A stretch of 63,800 nucleotides of DNA, the filler included, from Phoronis australis (Eukaryota > Animalia > Phoronida): NCBI GenBank assembly GCA_002633005.1. It is 5 parts of 5 records of this genome, joined end to end, with 100 filler letters (N's around TTAATTAATTAA, not from the genome) between each part and the next. Parts side by side here need not be neighbours in the genome. Positions count along the whole stretch, not along the records: positions 21,262 to 53,174 come from NMRA01000051.1; 4 more parts are not named here. One strand, given 5' to 3'. Within the stretch, counting starts at the first letter, position 1; every line of letters begins with the position of its first letter. The notes below the pieces were generated by a model, which saw only the letters and a program-made list of their open reading frames with translations, searched no databases and was not told where the DNA came from. Positions 34,518-48,300 of the stretch are shown here, one piece after another. The translations under genes were made by a program, and so were the position numbers.

Positions 34518-37500
34518 CTAGAATCGGTCTGATAACACCAATGTAGATCCAGAGAGAATTCTTAGGGGAGAGTTCCACAGAACCAATTTCTCAAGACCTT
34601 TCAAGAACAAGGAAGTTAGAGTTATAGGTCTGAAGGAGTCAGTTATGAAGTAAGAATTCTCATCAGGTTTGGGAATAAAAACAATCATCGCCTTAATCCA
34701 GGTTTCTCGGACGTAGCCTAGTCTAAAACTGGACTTATAAAGATTAAACAGGATTTGGAAAAGCTTGGTTCCTGCTTCCTGATGCACTTTAGAGAATACA
34801 ATGTCTTGCGCGGAGGCTTTCCATGGTTTAAATGGCATCAGGGCCAGTTTAACAAGATGAGTAGTAACCATTTCATCAAGAAAGTCCATATGGATTTCCT
34901 TTTCTTGCCTGTCACGTACTATTTCTCTAGTTTCATGACCAGGAATCATACTACCGGGATAGTGTTTATCCAACATGGCCCTGAGAGTTTCGCCCGGTGA
35001 ACTAGTGTATAAACCGTCTTTTCGTTGGACACTCTCCAACTGAGCAGTCTTGTCTTTCTTCAGAATCTGAACAAGTTTGACCGGTCATGACAAACTTGAA
35101 GATTGCTGGCAAAAAATTCTCCACGAGCTCCTTTTTGCCCTACGTGTGGCAGACTTGAAGGTTCTGTTTGCCTGACGGTAGGCGTTTCATTCCTCTTCAG
35201 TGTGCATGCTGTGCAATCCAATGAGCTTTTCTTGTCTTCTGAAGAAATGCCGTCTCCTTGGTGCACCATGTCTGGTTATTAGGTTTACCAGTAAGCCTCA
35301 CCATCCAAATCGGATAGGTAACATTGATGGCATTAGTCAGCACAGTTGTGACATTATTTCCCAGCGAATCAACATCAGTAAAAGTGTTGAGAGTTCCACT
35401 GTCCAGGTTATCAAGTGAGTTGTAACATTCATCAATGAATATGTGCCAAACAGCCTTCTTGATTTCCCTGTGCTAAAGGTAGAAGGGTATAACAGGAATT
35501 ACCATCTCAAGCAGGTATAATAGCCAAAGTAAGATCTATGATTTCTTGGCAATTCAGAACAACAAAAGTAGGTTCGTGGCCTTTATTGCAAACATTGAGT
35601 GCTGAAAATGAACTCTAACAGGGATTCACCTCTCGAGTTTGTATCAGTATTGTACCGCACGTAATGATGTGAATTAGCATCGCAGCCAATTACCAATAGA
35701 ATGACGTTGTTGCTACAATGTTGTGTAATGTGCTGCTCTATCTCAAGTGGCGGTTCCTCAACTGACTCACCCGCCATGTATGTCGAAACCCACCAAACAG
35801 TGCAGACAAGTGCATTTGGATAAATAAGGTCACATGCTACAGATACTGTGTCCTGTCTTAGAAATCTGGCAGTGGTCTGGACGACATGTCTTTTATACCA
35901 AAACAGCTTGCTCTTGGCCTCAAATCGGTGTCAAGCCGTGCTGTATATGGTTTGGCATTTCTAGGAACATTAAGCATGGTGTTCCCTTTGCAGTGTGGCT
36001 CCAGAATCAAAGGCAAATAACAAGTCTCTTTATTCAGAGTCTGATTTAGGAAGCCTTGCCGCTTTCTTCCACATCGATCAACCTCGTCGGCACCCATTTC
36101 CGTGGCTAACTCGACCACCACAGACGGTGGTAACATCAAACTTCCTAGATGCAGGCTTAGCCGTCATGGTCTTGATCCTAAGAAGGACTCTGCCAAGACC
36201 ACAGTAAGGCTTGACGTCCAATGCATTAAGCACTAGCCAGGCAGATTCCTTAATGGCCATCACAAACGTTAGACCCTTGGTAGGGTACTGTGCTCTTCGT
36301 AAACTTTGTCACGTCAAGATCTGGATTGCTGATATCAAGGTGGTTGAAAATTCATCCTGTCGACTGAAACATGACAGACGGCCTTATGCATGGAGGGTAG
36401 GTCCCCGGGACTCATGGCATGGTTTTCAAACCTTGGGTGTGTCTCAGCAGAAGTAAATTTCTGACACTCCTGCTTAAGATACTCAAAGCATCTGAGCAGC
36501 TGATGCACAGCATAACTTTGTGAAGACGAGCTGGCTCAACTCTTTGAGGCGACTAACCTCGCTCTCGGCGAGAGGAGGCTCTCCGACCTTTGCAACAACA
36601 AGGCTGGAAACATCCTTCTTTGCGTAGAAAGTGTACATCCTCGCCACCTTCTTAGGTGGCCGTGAGTGACTTGACCCTGGCGTGGAGCCGTCAGATCCCA
36701 TAGGGCGCTTTGTGCCCTGAGAATGCCCAGGTGTTTGAAGCTCCACATTCTTGAGCTACTTTTGAAATCGTTGTCACTTCCGCTTCTCCTTTAATTTCTT
36801 CTTTTGAGAGAGAACAGGCGTGAAGCCGTCAGCAACAGACGACGCAGCAGACGCACCATTCACTCCCCAGGGAGCGTCCGAGAGCTCATGACCACGAAAG
36901 TCCTCAACCGAAGCAACATTCAATCGTGCTTGGGTCCGGTCTGTTGAACCCAGACCAGTATTGAGAGAAGAACGCTGATTGTCCATGTAATGAGACACAT
37001 GCTTAGACTTAGTTCGTCTCCACGTTCACCTCATCCATGAGGTGGCAACAAGGCCCGACCACTAGGTCTTCCCGCATCCCGAACTTATAATATAGGATCC
37101 AACACTAGGTTCGACAGCTCCCTCGAGAGGAAGTCGAACTCCCAGTGTAAGATCCCAGCCTCACAAATGAGTTATCCCAGGTTTGGTAAGTCTAATTCCA
37201 GTGCCAGGCCCTCGCAACCTCCCAGGGCTGACCATGCAGAGATTGCTCTGTGTACTGTGGTTGACACCAGAATTCTTAGCCAGCAAAGCATCTGTTATCT
37301 ATTGCCATCCGCATGGTCAGTTTTCTATGGTTTTCTTATCACCAAGCCGGAGGCAAATACTGGGCTCCCCCAGGAAGGTATGACAGGATTCGGTGGCCAC
37401 CAGGCACTCACTTGTACACAGCTGCTTATTCAAGGCTACAGAATGATTCCGCTTTGCTCATCATCATCCCGCATTTCAAGGTGACCAGGACGACGAGGGA

Positions 37501-37690
37501 CAGGCAGCCACCGTTGCCAACAAACAACCCTAGAGGATGGTAGGGTGTGTTTGGTCTGATCTCTACCTTTCGACCTGCCCGGCATGGGTGACCCTTCTGA
37601 AAGTATACGACTCCCGCCAGTATAGCTCTGGAGATCACAGAGATACACAAGCTGTTCCGCCACGGCAAGGCACACGCCCCCATAACAGGT
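34518..37690 (-). mobile_element. Decayed LOA/R1/I-group LINE: 5' region, ORF1, endonuclease and start of RT; 3' part missing
   Basis: EN motif IGCDANSHH...TDTNSRGESLLEFI. RT-start motif IVFIPKP...SFRPITLTSLFLKGLEKLV. Basic ORF1 fragments at 36483-36998. The 5' boundary is approximate. Confidence 0.75.
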
Positions 37691-37719
37691 GTGCAGAAAC
37701 ATTAATTCTACAACAACAA

Positions 37720-38560
37720 ACTGACGTTTTGGATTAGGACATGAAAGTTAATACTAAGAAAAAGCTGAAAATAATGATATTTAAAAAGGGCCACCCACTG
37801 ATAAAAGTATATCATAGCATTTTGGGAATGACAAAATTGAGGTCGTCTCATAGTATAACCAAGGAGTGGAACTATACTCCTTAGTATAAGTATCGTAATT
37901 GGGTATTTTCTTTACTTCTAAGCTAGCGTGGACTCACTCAACGGAAACCTGATCTCATCAAGCAGAAAAAGCTATTTCTTTCAATCAAAGCACTTCATTC
38001 AAAATATGAGGTCAATTTTCATCGAAGATCCCACTCTAGATCTTAGATAAAGTAGTATGCCCAATCACTGGGGATTTAAAGAATATCCTAGTATCGAACG
38101 TGCGCAACTGAACTGTTGTAAACAAAAAATGGGCATGCTCAACGTCCAGAAATGCTCGACTCAAATCACGACCACTCATTCCCAAGCACGTTTTCTTTTC
38201 ATTCGATATTATGTCAAGGATTTTCAACTAATTCAGTATCATAATATGATTCATACATTATAGAGATTTTTGTTTGCATATACAAATTCTAAAGAACACC
38301 AACGATTACCCAGTTTACTTGGACAAATCTTCGAAATGCAAGAAATAACCCTCTACCAACTCAACTAATAGTGAAGACAAAAATGCTTGTCACTTTGGAC
38401 AAGGCCAGACAATTTAGGCTTCGTCTGTCACGAGTTTGTTGCAAAGATATGGTTTTGTAAACGTATCGTGACTGGGAATTGACTGTGAAACATCATTTCT
38501 TTCCATTTTTGAGCAGCAAATCAAAGATTTCTTGTTTGCAAGAGTGGAACATTGCTTTGG
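37720..38560 (+). mobile_element. RTE-X-like LINE 3' remnant
   Basis: MKVNTKK.LKIMIFKKG...IEVVS..Y..LGIFFTSKLAW resembles the element at 43560-44686. Heavily decayed. Confidence 0.5.
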
Positions 38561-38942
38561 AGAATACTTCAAAACCGTAGGATTCTAGCTCTGGAATGTC
38601 AACTCCCGCACGTGACCTATGCATTCTATTGTTAGAGCTTCCGACCCCGAGACTAGCCGTGAGAGTTAGCGCTGAGAATTTCTGGCTGCCTGCTCGACTG
38701 GGTTTTGATCGAGAATTGTAGCTTTCAAATCAAGCCTAATCTCATTGCTTCGTTTTCAGTTTGTTATAATTAGTGTTCATCTAGCGAGACTCTTGAAGTA
38801 CGGTTCCATACAGTCAGCGATGTCTCGGCAAAATTAACGTATCCGACAGTTATACTGGTCATTCTTTATAACCACCGAACTGTGGCCCTGGGTGGATGCC
38901 GGAAGTAAGTTAGCCTCCGATATCTTTTCAGCTCCAGTCGAA

Positions 38943-39750
38943 GAACAAGTTTCGACAACTTCTCATAATACATGCCAGGAGTTGTTCAACAAGACATTTT
39001 TGGGTGTTAAAATCAAGTTACAGCATTTCACCGAAAGAAGTTACATTTGGCCTAAATGAAAAGCTTAAGCTCAAAAACAGGTGTGTTAAAAATTACTCAT
39101 TACTGCTTAATATGCTTAGCTAAATGTGTATGTGTGTGTGCGAGTGTGTGCGTGTGTGTGTGTGTGCGTGTGTGTTTTATTACTGTTTTCAACTGTTTCT
39201 ACAATAATTTTTTGTGTATTGTTTACCTGTTACCCAGAAACCGTTTTTGTTACTTCGATTTCTAAGACGTAGGCCTACTGTTATCTGTAGCATTTACCTA
39301 TACCCGTGAAATAAAAGTTTAAAAAAATGAAAAGTTTACCTTGTAAAAGATCCCAATATAGTACTTCGTGTTGTTGACAGTGTGCAGTGTATTACGCAAT
39401 TGTACCTCTCTTGGCGGACTGGCCCACTTTTATTTTTTCCGCCATCCCTCCACACCGTCTAAATGTCCCACTTTCTTATAAACAACAAAATTGACATATT
39501 ATCATATACTAGTGTAATTTCCTACGCGACATAGCCACACTTTCCCACTCAACTAAAAAGAAAAGGCGGGACGTTTCATGAGCTTTTGCGGCACCCGCAA
39601 TTTCCCATTCAACTATGAAAACAACAACAACAAAAACAACAACAAAAAACGCTGTCGGGCATTTTTGGGTGTTACGTCTCCCGTTCTACCAAAAACGCTG
39701 TCGGTGCGTCCTTGTGTGTTGTAGCTAACATTTCACCCTTACGTTTTGGC
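38943..39750 (+). repeat. Local duplication, copy 2 (paralogous LRR-Ig 3' flank, empty site), with an expanded (GT)n at 39125-39175
   Basis: Shared blocks such as ACAAGACATTTT(T)GGGTGTTAAA, TTACCTATACCCGTGAAATAAA, AAAATTGACATAxTATCATATACT and CACCCGCAAxTTCCCATT. Confidence 0.8.
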
Positions 39751-41543
39751 TTGCACCCACGTGTCCCGCTTTTTATCTCGAAATCCATTTTTTTTGCGTT
39801 TTTTTCGTTCTTGAAAGTTAACCATGACACCTATGCAACAGGTGTTCAAAATAACATTGTCTCTATTTGGAAATATTGTTATTTTCCAGAGTCCCCTTTC
39901 TTTAGTAACATAATAATCTTAAAAATGTGTTCCAATGTCTCTTGTTTACTGTAACATATACTACATATGTATCAGGATCACTATCTTTTACTTTCTGAAG
40001 GGAAGAGTATATTTCTAAACCTTTATGGAAAGTCTTACACTGCAACCAATGTGATGAGCTATCCACAATACATTTCAAAGCCACGTGATAGATGTCTGCC
40101 CATTTTTTGTCTATCATAAAACCTTTATCTGCAAATTTTGGATAGATACTTGGAGTAGTTTATCGCATTTTTTTGTAAATTTCACTGCATTCTGAATTTT
40201 TACTGAAGAATGTAACTGTATCAAACGGCACTTAAAGTCCAATCAATACACAGCAAGTGTGAGGGATCCATATTCTAAAACTTTTGTCTCTTTTGGGTAG
40301 AAAACTTTTGAATTATTAAAATTAATTTCCTAATGGCTTAACTAGTCATTTATAAAACCTCTCTGGTTCATTTTTATGTTGCTATTACACGCTGTTATTT
40401 TTCACATTTTGGTAACTCTTCGGTTTTAGAATTAAAAAATATTTTTAAACCAGTCAGGTACGCGAAATCAAAATTACTTATGAATTAAATTATTTATCTT
40501 TTGCTTCTGGTATAATCATCAAGAACTAGAAAGGCCTTTCTAATGATTTGGCTCTTATGCAATTCGGTTGAAAAACAGCGAAGTTGATTAAAGTTTTAAT
40601 GACAGTAAATTCCATAGCAAGTCCACACACCGGAACAGACGAATGCAAACAACTCTCACGCATGCGCTGCGTAACCTCAGCGATCGGAGCTGAAATTCTA
40701 AGGATGGAGTTTTATGTTCAAAACTTAGTACATACTGCTTATGGAACCTACTTGTTGCTTGACATTACGTACATTTTTGCAACAGCAATGACTCAATTGC
40801 GTTGCTCTAATCACAAGTTGATGATAGAGCAAAGAAGACATGCTCTTGTAGATTGAAAGACTGGGCGGCGTGCTGTTTCTACATGTTGCAAACAGAGAAT
40901 GAATGTCATTATTTGTGTTTGCGACAAACAATACACTCCGAGAACTGCATTTATAACTGAGTGGTAAATGAGAGGATGTCCGTCATCCGATGCTTCCCTA
41001 ATTGTATCTTATAAATACATGTACGATACTTAGGCCCTACAGGAGGCAGATAAACGACGACAAAACACTCTCATTAGCACCAATTAAAATGATTACTACG
41101 AACTAAATGACTAATGACTTTCCTCAACGATAATTATCAAAAAAATCAGTACCTACTAATATGTTTTTCCCAAAAGAAAAGAATGGAAATCGAGAAAAGT
41201 TACGTCATCCCATCATTTTGTTCGGATGCCCAGCAGTCAATCATTGCGCACGGGCCCCGCCCCCTTAGGGGCCCTGCTCCGTAATGAAAATGTTGAAACC
41301 TAAAAACGTTAGACCTTAAAAAAGTTAAAACGCTAAAACTTCAAAGTTCTTAATTGTCATAAAACAAGTTTATCCAATTTCAACTGACGGCCGAGTGAAA
41401 TTTGTAAAGACGCGCACAGGTAGATTGCAATCAATAACAATTTCGCGGCTACAAAAATCTAGCCCGAAAATCACCTTGTCTCCTTATACGGCGATATCAC
41501 GTTAAGTCTTCAGCTTGATCACGCTTTATCCGCAAGAAACTTG

Positions 41544-41767
41544 GGGCCTGTTCCAAGAAAACTGACTTCAGTCAATTTGAAGACAAAACTTAAATTTGTC
41601 TCAAGACCATTTCAAAAAAGAGATCTTAAGTTTGACTTAACTTTTTTACTTAAGTTTTGTCTTAATTTTTACTATCATACCAGGTGTGGAAGTTTCAAAG
41701 TTTGGAATTTGAGACAAATCTTGGACTTAAGTAAACAATGAATAAGTCAGTTTCTTGGAACGGGCCC
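41544..41767. mobile_element. PIF/Harbinger-type MITE
   Basis: TIRs GGGCCTGTTCCAAGAAAACTGACTT and AAGTCAGTTTCTTGGAACGGGCCC, flanked by the 3-bp duplication TTG. Confidence 0.75.
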
Positions 41768-43559
41768 TTGGTCTGTGTTTCCGAAGTGTAATAATGCGTG
41801 ATGTCATGTTCGAGAAGAAATACATTCCGCTAAAGTTGTCACTGAACTTTATTACGGCGCCTATCCGACAACTTAGACAGTGCAACAAAAGAAACTTTAA
41901 AAAACGAAACCGTGTGGCTTGGTAGGATGTTTACAATAAATTTCACTGTATGTCAAAAGAAAACTCATGACCAAGAGAGTGAGCGGAGCGTGTACCCTGG
42001 CCGCTAACAGTGAAGACAAACGTTTGAAAAAGATAAATCAATGAACATGGCTCATTTACTCAGCTGTTTACTGTTCAGAAAAATGAGGTAAAGCAAGATA
42101 ACATGGAATATATACCGGGTTGATCAAAAAGGATAATTAACAGCTCAGATACTAAGATAAATTCCAGTACTAATGGCTAAGTAGAGACAGTGGGACGTGA
42201 ACTATAAATACAACGTAACAAAGGTCTCCGTTAAAGTGGTTACTTTAAATTTGTTAATTACAAAAGCAAAATGCCTTGTCAGTAGAGTCGCTTTTCAGAA
42301 TTCTCAACTCTCATCGAAAAATCTGCGATCCGCAAATTACGATCTTTGTTTGGTGCGACCAGCGGTATTGTAACATGAAAAAACCATTCGCATTAAAACA
42401 ACATACAGTAAACTTCGCAGTCGGTCATGCAGAAACCATACTATTGCGGTACAGTTGTTGTAATTCATTTTGCCTAGCTCGAATGAAATCTCTTGGGTCT
42501 GGCTTGTGCAAGGTTTACTGTATGCTCAAAAACTACTTTTGTACAAGAAGCATTTTGGGTTTAAACATCACAGTTTTTGAAGAGTAAAATGGGTATCGGG
42601 ATGTGGCTGATTTTTGTGCAACTTCATCGCAAACTCTCAGTTTCCAGGTTATAATTTTCATTCGGTTTAATTGTGTGAAAATGATATCTCCGTTTTTATC
42701 TCTTTTCGTTATTTTTTCATGGGTGCCATCACAAGTCACGTTGAAAACAACGGTAGTAGATTTTGTTATTGTTCTAAGATATTCATTGGTAAACGTAATC
42801 GTCTACTAATAATTGTCAGCATTCTGGACAAAACAGATACTCAATAAGATAATGCCAAATAAATCATATTCAAAATACTGTTCATAACTACTTTGAAAAT
42901 TTGGTGTCATGTTTTTGTGAGATAAACCTACCTTTTCCACCTTTGCTGTATTTTAATCATTCTCAAACTGATGACGAAGGAAGTAATGGGAAAAATGAAC
43001 ACGATGGGGAAAGAGGGAAATCAAATTTGAAGATGCTGAAATACACAGGGTGGCTGCAGGTAAGTGAGCGAGCTGGACATTTAGCGACATATATTTGTGT
43101 TTATCGCGTCGTTTAGATTTAAACTGTCATTCCCAAGTAGCTTTTGCTTAGCCATATAGAGGCAAACTCTGTACTGAAAAATATACCTTTATGATTTTAA
43201 TTGGAAACACAGTATTGGAAAAACAACATCTAATTTTGCGGAAATTATCACTGAAATGAGTTATTTTCCTTATATTTTTACTTTTAGGATCATTTGACGT
43301 CGAGTCGACATTGACCTACTTTTTGAACTTTCCATGTCAGAGGTCACTGTTGAAGAAGTGCGGGAGGTGAATACGGAACATTTTTTTACATGGCCGTAGT
43401 TCGCTCGGTGTATGTGCGTACGCATGCACTGACGTATGTATGCATTGGTGTATGTATATATATGTATTGATGTATGTGTGTATGTATCGCCGTGCGTACA
43501 GTGTGCGGAGGTATTGAATGTAAGTTGAGTAGTTGTCTGAATGTATGACTCACGTGTAC

Positions 43560-44686
43560 CGTAAAAAATGGAAACTAGTAAATAACATGTCAAAAACCAG
43601 AATTGTGGTATTCAGAAAAGGAAGATACTTACGTAATTATGAAAAATGATTCATTAATAGAAAAAAAAATCATTGTTGAGGCTAGCTACAAAGATCTCGG
43701 TACTTATTTTACAACTATAGTGTCTGGTCAAAAACTCAGTCAAATTTAGCTGATGCTGGAAAAACTTTTTATTGAAAAAGTAATTTATATGTCACAATTT
43801 GAAAGTGTCCTGTAAATGTTTACTTACAATTATTCGATACTAAAAATATCCCTCGTCGTATTATGTATGATTCGGAAGTGTGGGGTTTTAAGGCCCAAAT
43901 GTCAAGATTCTTCAAAACTTTGTAAATTCGCGTAAGGTCTTGGGTGAAGTGTCCGAAGTTTTACTAGGATTATTAAATATTGGTTGAAGTAGGCTGAAAT
44001 TGCCCCAGAATAGATATATCTACTCCTATTAGAAGGTCGAGCATGACTTTGCAGCAAGAAATCGTGAAAGCTGGGGTCTACGTGTTAAAAACCTACTTTT
44101 CAGGACTGGGTTTGGCATTGTTTGGGTCCAGTCAAGCAGTTAACTAATTATTTGTACACGAATTCAAACAAAGGTGAAAAGACATAGACGAGCAGCAATG
44201 GCTAGACGAAATATCATCTCTTAGTATCAAGATGGTTAATACTCATTCTATAAGAAAATGCAAGATGTCTAGACAAAAATATTTAATCACAGCTCTTGCA
44301 CCTTTCAAATGTTCAAATCATGAACTAAAAATCGAAACTCTGGCAGACACTTGGGTATAGGTAGAGATCAGCATTACTGCTCCGTTTGTTCCTGCACTGT
44401 TACCGATGAAAAACACGTTTTATTCGAGTGCCCAGTATATGAAGATCTTTGGAGAAAGTTTGGTACTATTTATAGTAATAGTAATTTCAATGCTGATCCC
44501 TTCATTTACTTGAAGTCTTGCAACCTTTGGAATTAGCTCGTTTAATTCATTCACCAAGTTTTTACAATTGTGCATAGTTAATTTAATAATCTGTATTATG
44601 TCAACCACTTTGTTAGTTAGTGCTCGTGTTCTCTACTTTCACACTTGTATATGGGTCGGAGGCCTAAGTACTGAAATAAATTGAAT
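43560..44686 (+). mobile_element. 5'-truncated RTE-X-like LINE inserted in a (TGTA)n-rich microsatellite
   Basis: KTRIVVFRKG...YKDLG, FKCSNHELKIE and CSVCSCTVTDEKHVLFECPVYEDL. Ends AATAAATTGAA. TGTA repeats on both flanks. A smaller related fragment lies at ~40770-40960. Confidence 0.75.
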
Positions 44687-45356
44687 ATTAATGTTGGAAT
44701 GTATGTATTGATGTATGTATGCATATATGTATTCAGATGTATGTATGTGTACATGCATACTACTTTGTAGTCCAACTGCGTCTACAGAATGCAGGGTGGG
44801 ACGAAACAATTACATTACTACAATGAAAGTTATTATTAATACCTTCACAATCATTATAACATATATTGTGCAAACATTGTGAGGATATTGTACACAAATA
44901 TATCACAGTGTAAGTCCTATAAACAAATTGATGTTCATGGCCCAGAGAGGTAGCTCTCTTCCACAAAATGGGAAATGAATGGCCATCACCATGCATTAAA
45001 ATCAAGACCAACCCAATGCCTGGGCTCAGTGTGCATCCCAGAATGCACATCCGAGAATGTGTGAACCCCAGATAATATCAAGTGATGAAAATTGCTATAC
45101 AAGGCAATACCACAAAACAGAAGGTCAAATAAAACTACCCAAGTCAATGCCAGACAAACACAGCAAACCCCCACCCAAGTACGTGGCTTGTCGCCACTAA
45201 CTGCTGCTGTGGAAGACCCCACCACTGGAAGTTAAGACAGCAACTTCCAATATGGACACACCAATGAACAGTGAGACTTTCTGATGTCCCGACACCTTTC
45301 CACAACAAGTCCAAGAGTATCTAGCTCACTGTAGTCATCTTCACTGGTCCACCATG

Positions 45357-48300
45357 TCATAAACTATTGAACAGACTCTGTACAGTAGAATCGAGAATCC
45401 CATAGTGAAGTACTATAAGGCCATCCTGAAAGAATGACATAATTCCATGAACCACTGACAAAGAAAATGCATTCACTGAATATGGTTCCAACTACTGTTA
45501 TCTTCCTATTTTTACCTGGCAAAATTATTCAGTTTGGGACAGTGATAATTTTTTGTTCGAGGTTGGATCGTGGAACTTGTACCAAATTTTATAAATAGAA
45601 AATATTTAGTTTCTCAAATTCAAGAACTGTTACCCACTATGGAGGTGGATAAAAACATAACATCGGCGGCTATTTTTGATAATTTTATGCACTATTTTCA
45701 GATTCTTGATACAAAACTGAGAGTTCTCTATTTGAGAAATATGATCGACTCCCCACATACAGGCAACCGAAGGGCAGGGCCTTTTCATATAAAAACCAGA
45801 GGCCCCACAACTGAAGAGCGTGACTAAATGTAACGGCCTGCTCTCCAGTCACATTCAGAGAGAGCTCAAACGTTACTCACTTTTGAAGCCCGAAATTGAA
45901 TTTCTTTCTTACGGCCTGATGAACTGTTCACTGATAATTTTCGAAGAAAAAATGTCTGAGAAAAGTTACTATTTTAACCATATTATGATTGACAGGACTC
46001 ATTCTGAGTTCTTGTTTAGAAATGTACATAAACTGTAGAAAACAAAGAAAAGAAATTTTGCTATTGCAACACAGAGGAAACAATGAGTTCCTCACTAGCT
46101 GGATTGTCCAGTCAATGCCCCAAAGATGACTTGAGAAGGGTGGCTACTTAAGTAACTAATTTTACAACTAAATCTGGCCTGCTTCTGAGCAATGAAGTAC
46201 ACGAAAACGATGACTTCCAAGTGACAACAAAACCACAAAGTTTTACTTGTAAGTTACCGTGTATACAGTGCTCGATTTAGTAATCTGAAGGTCGCTAATG
46301 CAACTTCAGATTGTGCTTGTCAACCTGGGAAAAATCCCAAGTCGCCACAGGGAGTGTCAAAAGTCAGACAATAATTCCCTCAAATTCGTTTAAAATGTGT
46401 GGTGACTCAAATTTTAAATAACTAACTGTTTCCCCTTGGTTCAAAGTCATCACAGTGTGTGTCAAAAGTCAGACAATAATTCTCCCGATATTAGTTTCAA
46501 AATTTGAGGTGACTTCCAAATTTTAAATTACTAACATTTTGCCCTTGACTCACAATTGTACCACAATTGTCATTTTCCAACTTTTCAGAGGCTACATGTT
46601 GTTTGGTCACAACTGCACTATACAGTCCATCTTTTGAACCAAGTTAAGATTTTTTACTAGTTACGTTAAGTTTGTAGAAAAATTTGACATCATGAAAGTA
46701 CTTCTCTAAGCTCAAGAATTTTGATTTTAGTGCTGGAAACAGATGTTTTTAGCTCTTGGGGGTCTGCTCAATGAAATGGCTTCAGACCTAAGTCAGAAAC
46801 TTTGTAGTATTTCCACAAAACGTTTTCTGAAAAATTATCATATTTCAGTCTCTCAGAATATGCAAATAACTGCTAGGTACTGATAAAATTTCTATGAAAC
46901 ATTTTTAGCCTGTGATGCCCTCATAATTACTAAGGTAAACCTTTATCTAGCAATTGTGAAATGTGAACGAAAGACCAAATTTCTGTCTCAAGTCACTCTT
47001 CAGGAAAAAGACCACCCCACTCCTCAGACAAAAATCAACTCATATTTCAATCTAACATCGAGATAACAGTGCGAATGCTATTAATACATTACACCATAGT
47101 TTACATCAAGAGACAACTTTAGTACAACCCAGCTCACCTCTTCTAAGTCAGGAATGTTATCAAGTAAGTATTGGATTGTGGCTTTCTCGTGAATCAGAGC
47201 CGTCTCCACGAACACACCAATCTGAAAAAGCAACAAATGTTATCCACATTTATTGGGATTTCCTTACTAAAACAAACACTGGCACTTGAGGTTAAGTAGG
47301 ACCTGACCTATGTGGCCTGCGCATGTCCGAGGCTATTCAGGTATTGGACTGCCAGCAATGTTCTTTTTTATGTAGGACCCTAGAAAAGTGTCGAAATTTG
47401 GCTAACTTCGGAACATGTCTGAGAGTTGGCTGATCAAATTCATATGAAACTTTAAGATACTACACCTGCAAAATGCTGCTTGGAATTGTTTTTAAAATGT
47501 CACACTTTTGTACAAAGAGCTATCAAAAACAGGACTTTAATGAATTTCAATAAAAACTCAACGCTGCAAATAACAGAGCAGTAATTTAAAAAACTGTAAG
47601 AGCGTTTTCGAGATTCAATCTCGCACATCTATATCAAACGAAATTAGGTCATGCTATTGATCTGATTGTTTTGCTATAAATGAACCTTACATTTTTGCAA
47701 AATTTTACTAATGAGATAAGGTCACGTGACCCAATTAACGTCAGTTTGAGAAAATATATTACTTTTACAGAGTTAAAATCTATAATTTTGTAGCTATTTG
47801 GCTTAACACACGCACACACAGACACACAGACACAGACACAGACACACACACACACACANACACACACTTCTCAGAAAAGTCCTGCATAACCTTAATATAG
47901 TCTCATGTCGCTTTCCTGAATGAGTATTCATGTTGCATGTAGCCACCTCTAGAGATTATTCCCATCAGAGAGGAGTTAACCTTTCACACTGGAGGGGAGC
48001 GTAGTTTCCCACCTAGTCTGAGAGGAGTTACGGTAGCCATCTAAATTCAAGAGTTAAGCTTTGCCCTTGACCGAAACTCCACAAAACAGGGGAGTTAATG
48101 AGCAGCGTTAATGAGAAAGCGAAATTACTCATTCAAGGACCTCAATCCATCGATTTTGGAGCTGAACATCAACCCCATACTCCTCTAAAAATATTGAAAA
48201 ATCATGCAAAATTCCCCTTGTGAGGCCAAAAAATTCCCCACAAGTGATTGAACAATTCCCCTCGAGGTTTGAATTACTTGTAGCTCACACAGGTGGCCAT

